Made by a program: the position numbers and the translations under genes | Notes under the pieces: model-generated | What the model was told of the DNA's origin: nothing | What the model saw: the letters and a program-made list of their open reading frames with translations, nothing else | Database searches by the model: none | In this document: piece after piece, positions 18,786-28,007 of the stretch | Layout: each line of letters opens with the position of its first letter | Position numbering within the stretch: the first letter of the stretch is position 1 | Assembly: GCA_963422645.2 (NCBI GenBank) | Contig: CAXXVO010000007.1 | Span: 224,001-288,000 of the forward strand | Reading direction: 5' to 3' | DNA: 64,000 bases | DNA from: Alphaproteobacteria bacterium | Lineage (GTDB): Bacteria; Pseudomonadota; Alphaproteobacteria; UBA828

Positions 18786-21230
18786 TCACGCATCGCCTGA
18801 AGAATCTCGCTCGGTGCTCAAGGCGTCGGGCGCCTCGACCGTGTAGCCGAGGTTCTCGTATCCGCGAACGCGCTTTGCCGCCATGCGCCGAAGCGCCGGC
18901 ACGGCGTCGTCGAGATAGTCGTAGACCAGCACCTCGCGCTTCTCCGGATGAATGCGATGAAGGCGGCCGACATACTGAGCCAGCGTCCCTCTCCACGATA
19001 TCGGCATCGTCAGGAACAGCGTATCGAGGCGGGCGTCGTCGAAGCCCTCGCCGATATAGCGGCCGGTCGCGACCAGAACACGCTCTTCGTGATCGGGGAT
19101 CCCTTCGAGCCGCTGCATGATCTCGCGGCGCTGCTTCACGCCCATGCCGCCGCGCAGAAGGATCACGTTGCGCGCGAAGCGGCCGAGCCTCTCCGCAAAG
19201 CGGTTGGCGTGCTCCTTGCGCTCGGTCAGAAGGATCGGCGAGCGGCCTCCCTCCAGCGCGGTCAGCACGTCGTCGAAAATCAGCGCGTTGCGACTCTCAT
19301 CGTCAGCCAGCGTGGCGTAAATCCGCTGGATCGGAGGACGATCTTCATGGTCGCTGTCGGGCAGCCTGAACGAAGTCGGACGCAGGATCGCCCGATGCCT
19401 GAACGGGTGACGGCGCGCCTCCGCCTTGGCGCTCGCCCGGAACCGGACCGGGCCGCACTGCATGAAGACGATGGGATGATGGCCGTCCCGGCGTGTGACC
19501 GTCGCCGACAGCCCGAGGACGTAACGAGCCTTGGCACGCCGCGCCACCATCTCGAACCTGGTTGCCGAGAGATGGTGGCACTCGTCGACCACGAGATGTC
19601 CGTAGTCCGCGACGATGTCGTCCACCACGTTGTCGCGCTCAAGACTCTGCAGCATGCCGACGTCGACAACGCCGCCCGCCTTGCGATTGCCTCCGCCGAT
19701 ACGCCCGATCGCGCCCTCCGGGAGATCCAGGAACGTCCCCAAACGCGCGACCCACTGATCCATCAACTGGTTGCGGTGAACGAGTATGAGCGTGTTCACC
19801 TTGCGCGCGGCGATCACGGAGGCGGCGACGACCGTCTTGCCGAATCCCGTCGCCGCCGCGAGCACACCGGTCTCGTGTGCGAGCAGGGCCTCGGCCGCCG
19901 CCTTCTGCTCCGGGATCAACTCGCCGAGAAAGGCGGTATCGAGAGGGCGGCCTGTGTTGCGTTCATCACGCACGCGGCAGGCAATACCGAGTTCGTCGAG
20001 CAACTGCTCCATCGCCGCGCGGCAGCCGCGCGGCAGAGCAATGTGGTGGGACAGGAGTTCGGCGCTGGCCACGATGCGGGGGATGCCGAAGGTCGAGCGC
20101 TTCATCGCCTGTGCGCGATAGAATTCCGGGTTCTGGAATGCCGCGAGGCGGACCAGCCGGTTGACCAACCCCGGCGGCAAGCCCTCGCGCGGAACGTAGA
20201 GCTGGTCGCCTAAAATCGCATCGACCCGCTCGGGGAGCGCACCCACGATCGCCGGCGGAGGCCGACGTCGCGATGGAGGTGCCGCCCAGGGCTCCTGGTC
20301 CTCTTCTTCAATTAGCAGACGGAGGCCGACCACCCGGCCTTGCCGGCTGGCTTCGTCGACGATGGCCGTGGCCTCTGCCAGGCTCAGGCGGCCAACCGAG
20401 GCCAGAAAGGCCCACTGGTCGGCATAGGGCTCGCACTCGTCGTCGAGAAAAAGGCTGTTGCCGCTCTCGCGCGGGCCGCCCTGCAGGGGCAGCGCGATCA
20501 GGTTGCCGAATCCGCCATCCGGAAGAGTGTCCTGGCTCGGGAAGAACCGGTCGTAGGAAGTGAAGCCGATGTCCGGGTTGTTCTCCATGGCTTCGGTGAG
20601 AAGGTGGGCGCCAAGGCGGCGGGCGAGTATCGCCGGCACCGCCTCGGCGAAGAAAATCCAGACATGGCCGCCATTGCCCGAGCGCGATCGTTCCAGGACC
20701 GCCGGAATGTTCTTCGAACGGCACGCAACGAGGAAGGCTCCGGCATCCGTCCGCCACGTCTCCTTGTCGAAGTCGGCGGCCAGGAAGTGGCACGAGCTGT
20801 CCGTCATCATGGGATAGACCCCCACTGTGTGGCGGCCGCGCAGGTGGTCCACGATCGTCTCGTCGGTGACGGCAAGGAAGGCCTGGTTGGTGCAGGAGCC
20901 GCACTTGACCCTGGGCTTGCCGCATACCTGCGGCTTCCACTCGTTGCCGCAGGCGAGCGCGTATCCCGACTTTCCGGTCCGGGCGTTCTCCCAGCGCTTG
21001 GGATAGACGTCGTCGCGGCCGCGGAAGAGCGATCGAAACAGCGCGATCTTCTGATGCGCGGGCGAGCGCTCGGTTACCTGCTCGTTCCGCGAGACGCCGT
21101 TGGGCACGATCCGATCCTGGACTTCAAGCTCGGCAAGCCGTGCCTTCAGGACATCGCGCTCGGCCTCGAGCCGAGCGAGGCAGTCGCGAATGCGGGCTGC
21201 TTCTTCGCAATCAGGGTTCCTGTATGCCAA
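18786..21230 (-). CDS. Archaeo-eukaryotic primase-like (TOTE-type) domain fused to an SF2 DExH helicase
   Basis: FLAADFD, ERSRSGNGGHVW, GNLIALPLQ; AATGFGKT, VVDECHH, GLSAT, GEGFD, QYVGRLHR. Confidence 0.85.
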   Translation of the reverse strand: MAYRNPDCEEAARIRDCLARLEAERDVLKARLAELEVQDRIVPNGVSRNEQVTERSPAHQKIALFRSLFRGRDDVYPKRWENARTGKSGYALACGNEWKPQVCGKPRVKCGSCTNQAFLAVTDETIVDHLRGRHTVGVYPMMTDSSCHFLAADFDKETWRTDAGAFLVACRSKNIPAVLERSRSGNGGHVWIFFAEAVPAILARRLGAHLLTEAMENNPDIGFTSYDRFFPSQDTLPDGGFGNLIALPLQGGPRESGNSLFLDDECEPYADQWAFLASVGRLSLAEATAIVDEASRQGRVVGLRLLIEEEDQEPWAAPPSRRRPPPAIVGALPERVDAILGDQLYVPREGLPPGLVNRLVRLAAFQNPEFYRAQAMKRSTFGIPRIVASAELLSHHIALPRGCRAAMEQLLDELGIACRVRDERNTGRPLDTAFLGELIPEQKAAAEALLAHETGVLAAATGFGKTVVAASVIAARKVNTLILVHRNQLMDQWVARLGTFLDLPEGAIGRIGGGNRKAGGVVDVGMLQSLERDNVVDDIVADYGHLVVDECHHLSATRFEMVARRAKARYVLGLSATVTRRDGHHPIVFMQCGPVRFRASAKAEARRHPFRHRAILRPTSFRLPDSDHEDRPPIQRIYATLADDESRNALIFDDVLTALEGGRSPILLTERKEHANRFAERLGRFARNVILLRGGMGVKQRREIMQRLEGIPDHEERVLVATGRYIGEGFDDARLDTLFLTMPISWRGTLAQYVGRLHRIHPEKREVLVYDYLDDAVPALRRMAAKRVRGYENLGYTVEAPDALSTERDSSGDA

Positions 21231-21628
21231 CTTGCTCTCCCAGCATCCAGCAACTCGACATTGTCAGCCTGGCGGGTCGGTGCGGCTTGATTCGCGGGGA
21301 ACATGCCGGACTCCGCATAGCAACACCATACTGTGCGGCTTTTCTGGGATCACCGTTGTCATCAAGAGCCGTTGCCGAGTGGATCGACAGTTCATGATCG
21401 GCTCGAATTGGAGGAGGGTGCGTATTTCGCGGGAGAAATCAGCCTCGCCATGTCGATCTCGGCGAATGCAATCGTGCTGAAAAGGAGGGGTGCGAGCGTC
21501 GCGACGGCAACACCAGTTGTGACTGTGGTTCGTGTAGCGAATGCGAATCAGCCGGGGCGTGAGAACTCACGGCGATCGCCGTTTGCGCCGCTCCGGTCGC
21601 TAACGGCGACGAGACTGCGAATTCCCCC

Positions 21629-22642
21629 TCAGGCCCCGCAAATTGTGGCGGCATGGAGCCAGGGCAATACCGTTTGGCCATACTGATCGATGCGCTCGAC
21701 GACGATCTCCTCCGACAGCGCATCGTCGATCCGGCCTATTGCGGCGCCTTGAGTCCGCGACAGGAACACGCGCCGTGCGGCGTCGCGCTCCCACAGCGCC
21801 TCTTCGTCGTAGCGGAGGATGTCCGCTCGTTCCGCCATCACCCGGGGGTGGGTATGAAGCCACCGCAGGAAGGCGATCGCGCCCGGCGTCTCGCGCCACA
21901 AGCGGCCGTACTCGGAAACATAGTCCTTCGCCGTCCGCGGCATCCCGTCACCGTGGCCGTGCCATATGCCCATGGGCAGGGGATCCGGGCTGCCGCTAAG
22001 GATTTCCGCGATGTAGCCGTTCTCGACGAAACCCAGCCGCAGCGATGTCGCGGCGGCCACGTAGTGTTCCCTGTGAAACCGTAGCAGGGCCAGCTCGTAT
22101 CGGCAGGGCGGATACTGCGGTGCCTCGGTCTCGATGAACGAAAGCGCGTTCCCGTCCAGCCCGGCACGCAGATACTCCGAGCCGATGATGAAGCGGATCC
22201 CCTGGTTGTCGCCAGGATTCCACACCAGCATGCGCTCCAACATCGACAATCCATCATCGGTGCGGCCGAGCTTCAGCTGGCAAAGCGCCAGTCCATGGGC
22301 CGTGCGCAGGAAGGGGCGGTTCTCAAGATGGCGCCACTCGATGAGGGCCTTGAATTCCGAAGGGAGAGCCTTCGTGCAGAGCGAGAAGCCTCGTCCATAG
22401 GATTCCAGCGCTTGCTCGAAGCGGCCCTCCTCGTAGAGCCTGTTGCCGAGATGGGCGTGACCGTCGACGTACCACGGATGGCGCGCGACGAGCTCTTCGA
22501 GGGCACGGCGATAGCGCATATTCGAGAGGGCGCCCGAGTTCCGCCGCTCCAGAAGATGGTCGAGTTGATCCACAGCCTCGTCGTACTCCGGCGGATGGGC
22601 GAAGACGCAAACGTCGTCGTGCATCTTGAGGGCGATCGTCAT
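21629..22642 (-). CDS. Tetratricopeptide-repeat protein
   Basis: HAHLGNRLYEEGRFEQALESY; LENRPFLR; NPGDNQGIR. Confidence 0.75.
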   Translation of the reverse strand: MTIALKMHDDVCVFAHPPEYDEAVDQLDHLLERRNSGALSNMRYRRALEELVARHPWYVDGHAHLGNRLYEEGRFEQALESYGRGFSLCTKALPSEFKALIEWRHLENRPFLRTAHGLALCQLKLGRTDDGLSMLERMLVWNPGDNQGIRFIIGSEYLRAGLDGNALSFIETEAPQYPPCRYELALLRFHREHYVAAATSLRLGFVENGYIAEILSGSPDPLPMGIWHGHGDGMPRTAKDYVSEYGRLWRETPGAIAFLRWLHTHPRVMAERADILRYDEEALWERDAARRVFLSRTQGAAIGRIDDALSEEIVVERIDQYGQTVLPWLHAATICGA

Positions 22643-22704
22643 GGGGTGCTCTCCACCATTCCATCGTATCGGTCTTGTGCCGGCGAAGCGGTGGCGCCCG
22701 GAAG

Positions 22705-22968
22705 TCAGGGTCCCGGTCTGGCAGCCAGCACCTCGTCGAGGCTGGCCGCGACCAGCACCGCCATCGCCCAGGCTTCGAGTTCGGAGGCAGACGCGCCGCG
22801 AACCCGCCCGCGAACCGCCTCCGACAATTCACCGAAACGCAGTTCAAGCTGGCGAAGAAGAAGCCCAGCTTGGCCCGAGGCGATACCTTGGGCCATGCCC
22901 TCGGTCCGACCGCGTTCAACCCCCTCTACTCTTCCCTGCTCGATCCAGGCTTCCGCCACCGTGCCCAT
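22705..22968 (-). CDS. Small in-frame C-terminal Rpn product (RpnS/DUF4351-like)
   Basis: GAGG 5 nt before ATG; MGTVAEAWIEQGRVEG repeats, LLLRQLELRFGEL. Confidence 0.6.
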   Translation of the reverse strand: MGTVAEAWIEQGRVEGVERGRTEGMAQGIASGQAGLLLRQLELRFGELSEAVRGRVRGASASELEAWAMAVLVAASLDEVLAARPGP

Positions 22969-23267
22969 CAGCGCCTCTCAGCGGTCCGGCTTCGTCCGGC
23001 GCAACGACGCCTCCAGCAAGGGTGGCGTCAGGTTCATGCGCTCCGCGATGTAGCGAATAATATGGCGCTCGAACTCGCTCCCCGCAACCGGACCGCCGGT
23101 CATCTGATCGAGAATGTCGGGCGGGATGGCGTCTGCGTGGACCACCTTGAACGCCAGCAGCCCGGCCCGCACCTCGGGCGTTCGGGAAAGCCGGAGCGGC
23201 GCGATCTCCCCAAGGTCGTGCAGCACGTAGGTGAACTCCCGCAGGAAGGGTGCCAGATCGTCGGGCG

Positions 23268-23479
23268 CCTCGATCATCTCCGCCACCGAGCGGGCCGCCG
23301 TCCATCGACCCTGCCCATGATAGAAAACGAGCGGGATGATCGGCGGCAGCCTGTTCCTGGCGGTACCGCCCTCGATCATCTCCGCCACCGAGCGGGCCGC
23401 CGTCCATCGACCCTGCCCATGATAGAAAACGAGCGGGATGATCGGCGGCAGCCTGTTCCTGGCGGTACCGCCCTCGATC
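23268..23479. repeat. Perfect 102-bp tandem duplication
   Basis: Two identical units; CCTCGATC at 23268, 23370 and 23472. Confidence 0.95.
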
Positions 23480-24200
23480 TCGCGGAGCCAGATGTTGGCC
23501 ATGTACTTCAGAATCTGAAGCGGCGTGCCGGCGTCGACGCTGCTCTTGTGCTCGAGGAGGACGTATATGCGGGCCTGGTGCCCGGTCTTGAGTTTGACCC
23601 TGAAGAGGGCGTCGCACTGTGTCCTAGCGGCGTCCGCGTCGACGAAGCTTCCCTCGACCGCCTCGGGCTGAGTGCCGGGATCGAGCAGATCGGCGACTTC
23701 TTGGGGAAGGTACTCCGCGAGCAGTGCGCCGGCGCGGGCCGGGTTGGCGACCAGCGCCCGGAACAGCGCGTCGTGCGGCGTCGAGGGAAGGCTCACCGGC
23801 CCGGCTTCCCCTCAGTGGCACCTGGCAGGGGATTTCCAACATGTGTGCGACGGCGATCAATTCCGGCATGCCGCCAGCCTACGCCGAACCGGCAGTCGCG
23901 GTCGACCGGGATGCGCGGGCTTGGCAGGTCGGGTCTTTCGTCTCCCCGATCGCGATTCGCAGGGGCAGGGCGGCGGCCTCCGAGCACGGCACAACGCTGG
24001 CGGCCGCGGCCAGGCGGTGCATACCGACGATATCCTCCTCGTATTATGGCAAGCGCGATCTCGCGCCTGGAAGGATCTTGCCGACATCACGAAAAGTTGA
24101 TCGCCGTACTGGATCGTGCTCCTGCGTACTCCTGACCAGACCGCGGCCGCCGCCATAATCACCGTCCTCAACTCAGGATTGGGGTACCTGGGTAGTTACG

Positions 24201-24317
24201 ATCTGGAAGCAACTGCTCGCCGACTACGAGGCTCCGCCGCTCGACCCCGCGATCGGCGAGGAGCTCGACGAGTTCGTCGCGCGACGCGTCGCGGAGGGTG
24301 GCGTCCCGGAACGCTGA
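24201..24317 (+). pseudogene. C-terminal remnant of a trimethylamine methyltransferase (MttB-family) gene
   Basis: IWKQLLADYEAPPLDPAIGEELDEFVARR, typical MttB-family C-terminus; no upstream part. Confidence 0.65.
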
Positions 24318-24379
24318 TCCAACGAGGACCCGGTGCACGAGATCCGGCCATCGGTTCCACTCCGGAGGATTTCTCGCCG

Positions 24380-24991
24380 CAGCACGTACCCGTGCCGCCC
24401 CTCGTGTTCGTGTCCCGGGCCATGTTCAATTCGCCATTCGACTATGTCGTGAACGACGACCATGAATCGGGTCGGCTGGCGACGGAGCGCTTGCTGCCCC
24501 TGGGGCACCGCCGCATTGCGATGGTTGGCGGCGATCCCAGTACAAGTCCCTTCGGCGAACGCTTGCGCGGTCATCGGGCGGCCCTTGAGCGGGCGCATGT
24601 CGCGTTTGACAGCGCGCTCGTCTGGACCTCAGTTCCGACACGCGTCGAAGGCTTCCGAGCTGCGCGCTGGATCGCAGGGCTCGAGCCCCGGCCGACGGCC
24701 GCGATTTGCTATAACGATTCGATCGCGCTCGGGCTGTTCCATGGCTTGGTGCGGGAAGGCCTTCACTCCGGGAAAAACTTCGCGCTAATCGGCCATGAAG
24801 ACGTGGAGGAGGCGAGCCTCGTGAGCCCTTCGCTGAGCGTCACGAAGGTTTCGCGCGACGAGATTGGCCGGCAGGCCGCCGCGGCGCTGCTGGAGCGAAT
24901 CGACAATCCCGGCGCCCCGCCCCAGCGCATCGTCCTGAAGACGGAACTCATCGTCAGGGAAACCTGCGGGACCGTGCCGCCGGCATCCTGA
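24380..24991 (+). pseudogene. LacI-family regulator, effector domain only (no HTH)
   Basis: LGHRRIAMVGG, PTAAICYNDSIALG, ALIGHED, PSLSV, LIVRETCG. Confidence 0.75.
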
Positions 24992-25118
24992 CGAGCCGGG
25001 TGGACCCGCCGAGTCCCGGCGCCCCTCTTCTAGATTATTCGTTTTCGTCGGCTACACCGGCGGAACTCGCGTCAGCGGCGCTTCGGAGTCGCCATGAAGC
25101 CGAGCGAACCGTCCGGCC

Positions 25119-25880
25119 TTAGAGAAAGACCGTGCCGCCGTCCACCATCAGGGTCTGGCCCGTGACCAGCTTGCTCGCGTCGGACGAGAGGTAGAGCACG
25201 GTGCCGACCAGATCGTCGGTCTCGAGGTTCTTCTGCAGGCTTTGACCGGTGGCGACGGCCTGAAGCAGCTTGTCCTTCTTGGCCCCGAAGAACTCGTCTG
25301 TCCCCTCGGTCAGCACCGCGCTCGGCGCGATCGCGTTGACCCTGATCCAGTCGCGCCCGAGCTCGCGGGCAAGCGCGCGGGTCATGCCGATGACCGCCGC
25401 TTTCGAGGTCGCGTAGTGGAGCCCGAAGGGCATGCCGTAGACCGCGGCCAGCGAGGCGATGTTGACGATGGAGCCGCCGCCCGCCTCGCGCATGGCCGGC
25501 ACGCACGCCTTGGTGCATTGCCAGACGCCGCGCACGTTGACGGCCATGGTCTTGTCCCACTCGTCCTGCGCGATCTTGTCGAAGTGCCCGCCCTGGATGT
25601 CGCCATAGAGTGCGGCGTTGTTGATGAGCACGTCGATGCGCCCGAACTCGGCGACGGTGTGCTTGGCCATGGTCTCGCAGCTCGCCATGTCGGCGACATC
25701 CAGCGCGATGCCGGTAACGCGCCCGTTGGTCTTGCCGATGGCCTCCACCGTCTCGGCCGTATCTCGGATGTCAGCGGCCACCACCGTCGCGCCCTCGCGC
25801 GCCAGCGCCTCGCAATAGGCGCGGCCCAAGCCCCGCCCGCCGCCGGTGACGACGGCGACCCTCCCTTCAAGCTGTGCCAT
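25119..25880 (-). CDS. Short-chain dehydrogenase/reductase
   Basis: TGGGRGLG, NNAA, YATSK. Confidence 0.93.
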   Translation of the reverse strand: MAQLEGRVAVVTGGGRGLGRAYCEALAREGATVVAADIRDTAETVEAIGKTNGRVTGIALDVADMASCETMAKHTVAEFGRIDVLINNAALYGDIQGGHFDKIAQDEWDKTMAVNVRGVWQCTKACVPAMREAGGGSIVNIASLAAVYGMPFGLHYATSKAAVIGMTRALARELGRDWIRVNAIAPSAVLTEGTDEFFGAKKDKLLQAVATGQSLQKNLETDDLVGTVLYLSSDASKLVTGQTLMVDGGTVFL

Positions 25881-25992
25881 GGGATCTCCCGCTTCTCTCG
25901 GATGCACGCGCGCCAGCCCGGCCGCGACGGCACCGGCGGGCCACGAAATAGGCCACATCGCGCGCCGCCGCAAGCAGGTGAGCCTTATTCGT

Positions 25993-26024
25993 ATCCCTCA
26001 GTCGCCGAGCGCTCGCTCCGCTCG
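25993..26024 (+). repeat. Dispersed 32-bp intergenic repeat (inverted copy at 39796-39827)
   Basis: ATCCCTCAGTCGCCGAGCGCTCGCTCCGCTCG, 29/32 identical to the second copy. Confidence 0.6.
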
Positions 26025-26103
26025 CTTGGCTCCGCGCTTACGCGCGCGGCGCAGTCGCGCCGTCCGGGCCTGCGGCCGGCGGGACAAAGGGGTCGTCCGT
26101 TCT

Positions 26104-26147
26104 CCCTCTCCGCCCCTGGGGGCGGAGAGGGCTGGGGTGAGGTGGGG
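26104..26147 (+). repeat. Alphaproteobacterial REP/RIME-like palindrome
   Basis: CCCTCTCCGCCCC-T-GGGGGCGGAGAGGG followed by CTGGGGTGAGG. Confidence 0.65.
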
Positions 26148-26233
26148 GCGTTTTCTCCCCGGGATCCCAACGCCTGCGCTTTCCGTGCTGCGGAGTGCTA
26201 GTATGCCGCCCGCAAGCCGGAGAGCCGGAGGGA

Positions 26234-27049
26234 ATGATGGCGACCGAGATCGTGGAACTGCCCGAGGGGATCGCGCGCACGCTGCGCCGCAAGGACGACG
26301 ACGGCGTGACGACGCTCACGCTGAACCGGCCCAAGTCGGGCAACAGCCTCTCCCACCAGCTGGTGCACGAGTTGCAGGACACCCTCGACGAGATCAGGGA
26401 CGATCGCTCGGTGCGGGTGGTGATCCTGGCGGCGGCCGGGCGGCTCTTCTGCACCGGCCACGACCTCAACGAATCGGTCGAGGCCATGAAAGCGCCGGAG
26501 ACCAAGCGCGACGCCACCGCGACCTGCTCGCGCATGATGCAAAGCCTGATCGGCCTGCCCCAGCCGGTGATCGCCAAGGTCCACAGCATCGCCACAGCCG
26601 CCGGCTGCGAGCTGGTCGCGAGCTGCGATCTGGTCTACGCCTCGTCTGAGGCCAAATTCGCCACCCCCGGCGTGAACATCGGCTTCTGGTGCCATTCGCC
26701 GCAGGTGGCGGTGAGCCGCGCCGTCGCGCCCAAGCACGCGATGCAGATGCTGCTCACCGGCAAGATGGTGGATGCCGAGACCGCGTTCCGCATGGGGCTG
26801 GTCAGCGAGGTCGTGGAGTCCGACAAGCTGAACGAGCGGGTGGACGAAGTGGCGCGGCATATCGCGTCGAAGTCGGCCTACGCCATCGCCCAGGGCAAGC
26901 GGTCCTTCTACCGCCAGCTGGAGATGGACCGGGGCGATGCCTACGACTACGCCGGCGAGGTGATCTACCGCACCATCCAGGCCGACGACGCGCGCGAAGG
27001 CATCACCGCCTTCCTGGAGAAGCGGGACCCGGTCTGGCAGGACAGCTGA
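26234..27049 (+). CDS. Enoyl-CoA hydratase/isomerase family protein
   Basis: LNRP, FCTGHDL, ATAAGCELVASCD, FATPGVNIG. Confidence 0.92.
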   Translation: MMATEIVELPEGIARTLRRKDDDGVTTLTLNRPKSGNSLSHQLVHELQDTLDEIRDDRSVRVVILAAAGRLFCTGHDLNESVEAMKAPETKRDATATCSRMMQSLIGLPQPVIAKVHSIATAAGCELVASCDLVYASSEAKFATPGVNIGFWCHSPQVAVSRAVAPKHAMQMLLTGKMVDAETAFRMGLVSEVVESDKLNERVDEVARHIASKSAYAIAQGKRSFYRQLEMDRGDAYDYAGEVIYRTIQADDAREGITAFLEKRDPVWQDS

Positions 27050-27073
27050 CGCCGCACGCCTTCGACCGGCCGG

Positions 27074-27271
27074 TCAGAGCTTCTCGTCGATACCCGCCTG
27101 CTTGAGAATATGGTTGGCCGTATGCCGGCTCTTGATCTTGCTTGGGACGGTTATGACTATCCCGGTCCGGCCCTCACTCTGCCATTGTTCGTGACTTGAC
27201 CTGCCCTGGCGGATTTTGACCCAGCCGGCCACCTTCAGAAGGCTCTTCACCTTCCGTTCGTATGTCGCCAC
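27074..27271 (-). CDS. hicA: HicA-family toxin
   Basis: GWVKIRQGRSSHEQW, ITVP, ILKQAG. Confidence 0.85.
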   Translation of the reverse strand: MATYERKVKSLLKVAGWVKIRQGRSSHEQWQSEGRTGIVITVPSKIKSRHTANHILKQAGIDEKL

Positions 27272-27284
27272 CGCGATACCCGTG

Positions 27285-27605
27285 CTAGGCGTGTGACGGG
27301 ATCAGCGTTTCCTCGACGACATAGCGCGGCGTTCGTGCATTGACCCGGGACCGGGGACACCGGCGGCGCCCTTGTTGCGGGGCCGGTTGCTCTGGCTGCT
27401 GAAGCCGTACGGTCACCTGGACTTCTGCATCGCGGGGCACGTCCAGATTGCGCTCGAGCAGTTGCGGCACCATCTCCATGACGGCCTCGAGCATGCCGCC
27501 GAGCGTGTCTGCTTCGAGGGTCAGACCCGGTATGTCGTCGCTCGTCGCAACGAATACGTCGGTTTCCTCGCAGCGGCAAACATCGACGCTGTATGAGTTG
27601 GCCAT
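27285..27605 (-). CDS. DUF1902/HicB-like antitoxin
   Basis: VFVATSDDIPGLTLEADT; directly upstream of hicA. Confidence 0.8.
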   Translation of the reverse strand: MANSYSVDVCRCEETDVFVATSDDIPGLTLEADTLGGMLEAVMEMVPQLLERNLDVPRDAEVQVTVRLQQPEQPAPQQGRRRCPRSRVNARTPRYVVEETLIPSHA

Positions 27606-27647
27606 CGCATCCCGCTCCAACGCGTTCATGCCTCAGCAAGCACCCGG

Positions 27648-27665
27648 TTGCGCATATTAGCGCAA
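27648..27665 (-). promoter_or_regulatory. Palindromic operator over the probable -10 of the hicB-like/hicA operon
   Basis: TTGCGC-ATATTA-GCGCAA; the spacer reads TAATAT on the minus strand. Confidence 0.5.
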
Positions 27666-28007
27666 TGTAAGCGCGCTACGCATGACGAGCAAAGCTGGCA
27701 TCAATGCCCGTGTGGGCACGCGATCCGTCTGGCGGGCTGTAGGGGGACGAAAGTCATTGCGAATCCGGAAGATGCCGGGAAGAAGGCGGAAGAAGGCGGA
27801 CGGTCAAGGGGTTGGCGGCGTTTCCGGGGTCTGGCGGGCCGGACGAAAGTCTTTGCGAATCCGGCCCGGAAAGGGCCGTGAATTGGCTGGAAACGGTGAT
27901 TTTCGGGGCGTTTCAGGGGTGCTGAAAGGCCTGTAAATCGGCGCGGTTCCGGGGGTGCGGATTCGCCGGTAAATCCCGGTGCGGCGCGGTGCTTCGCCTC
28001 GCCCGGT

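Larger units (their letters stand above)
22705..23796 (-). pseudogene. Rpn/YhgA-like PD-(D/E)xK nuclease with an in-frame TGA and an internal duplication
   Basis: PHDALFR, CDALF, YVLLEHKS, PIIPLVFYHG; TGA at 22980-22978 in frame with the downstream part. Confidence 0.85.

Noticed and set aside
27745-27864. CRISPR-like direct repeats
   Set aside because: Only two copies, mirrored at 39109-39152; better explained as transposase-binding sites; no cas genes
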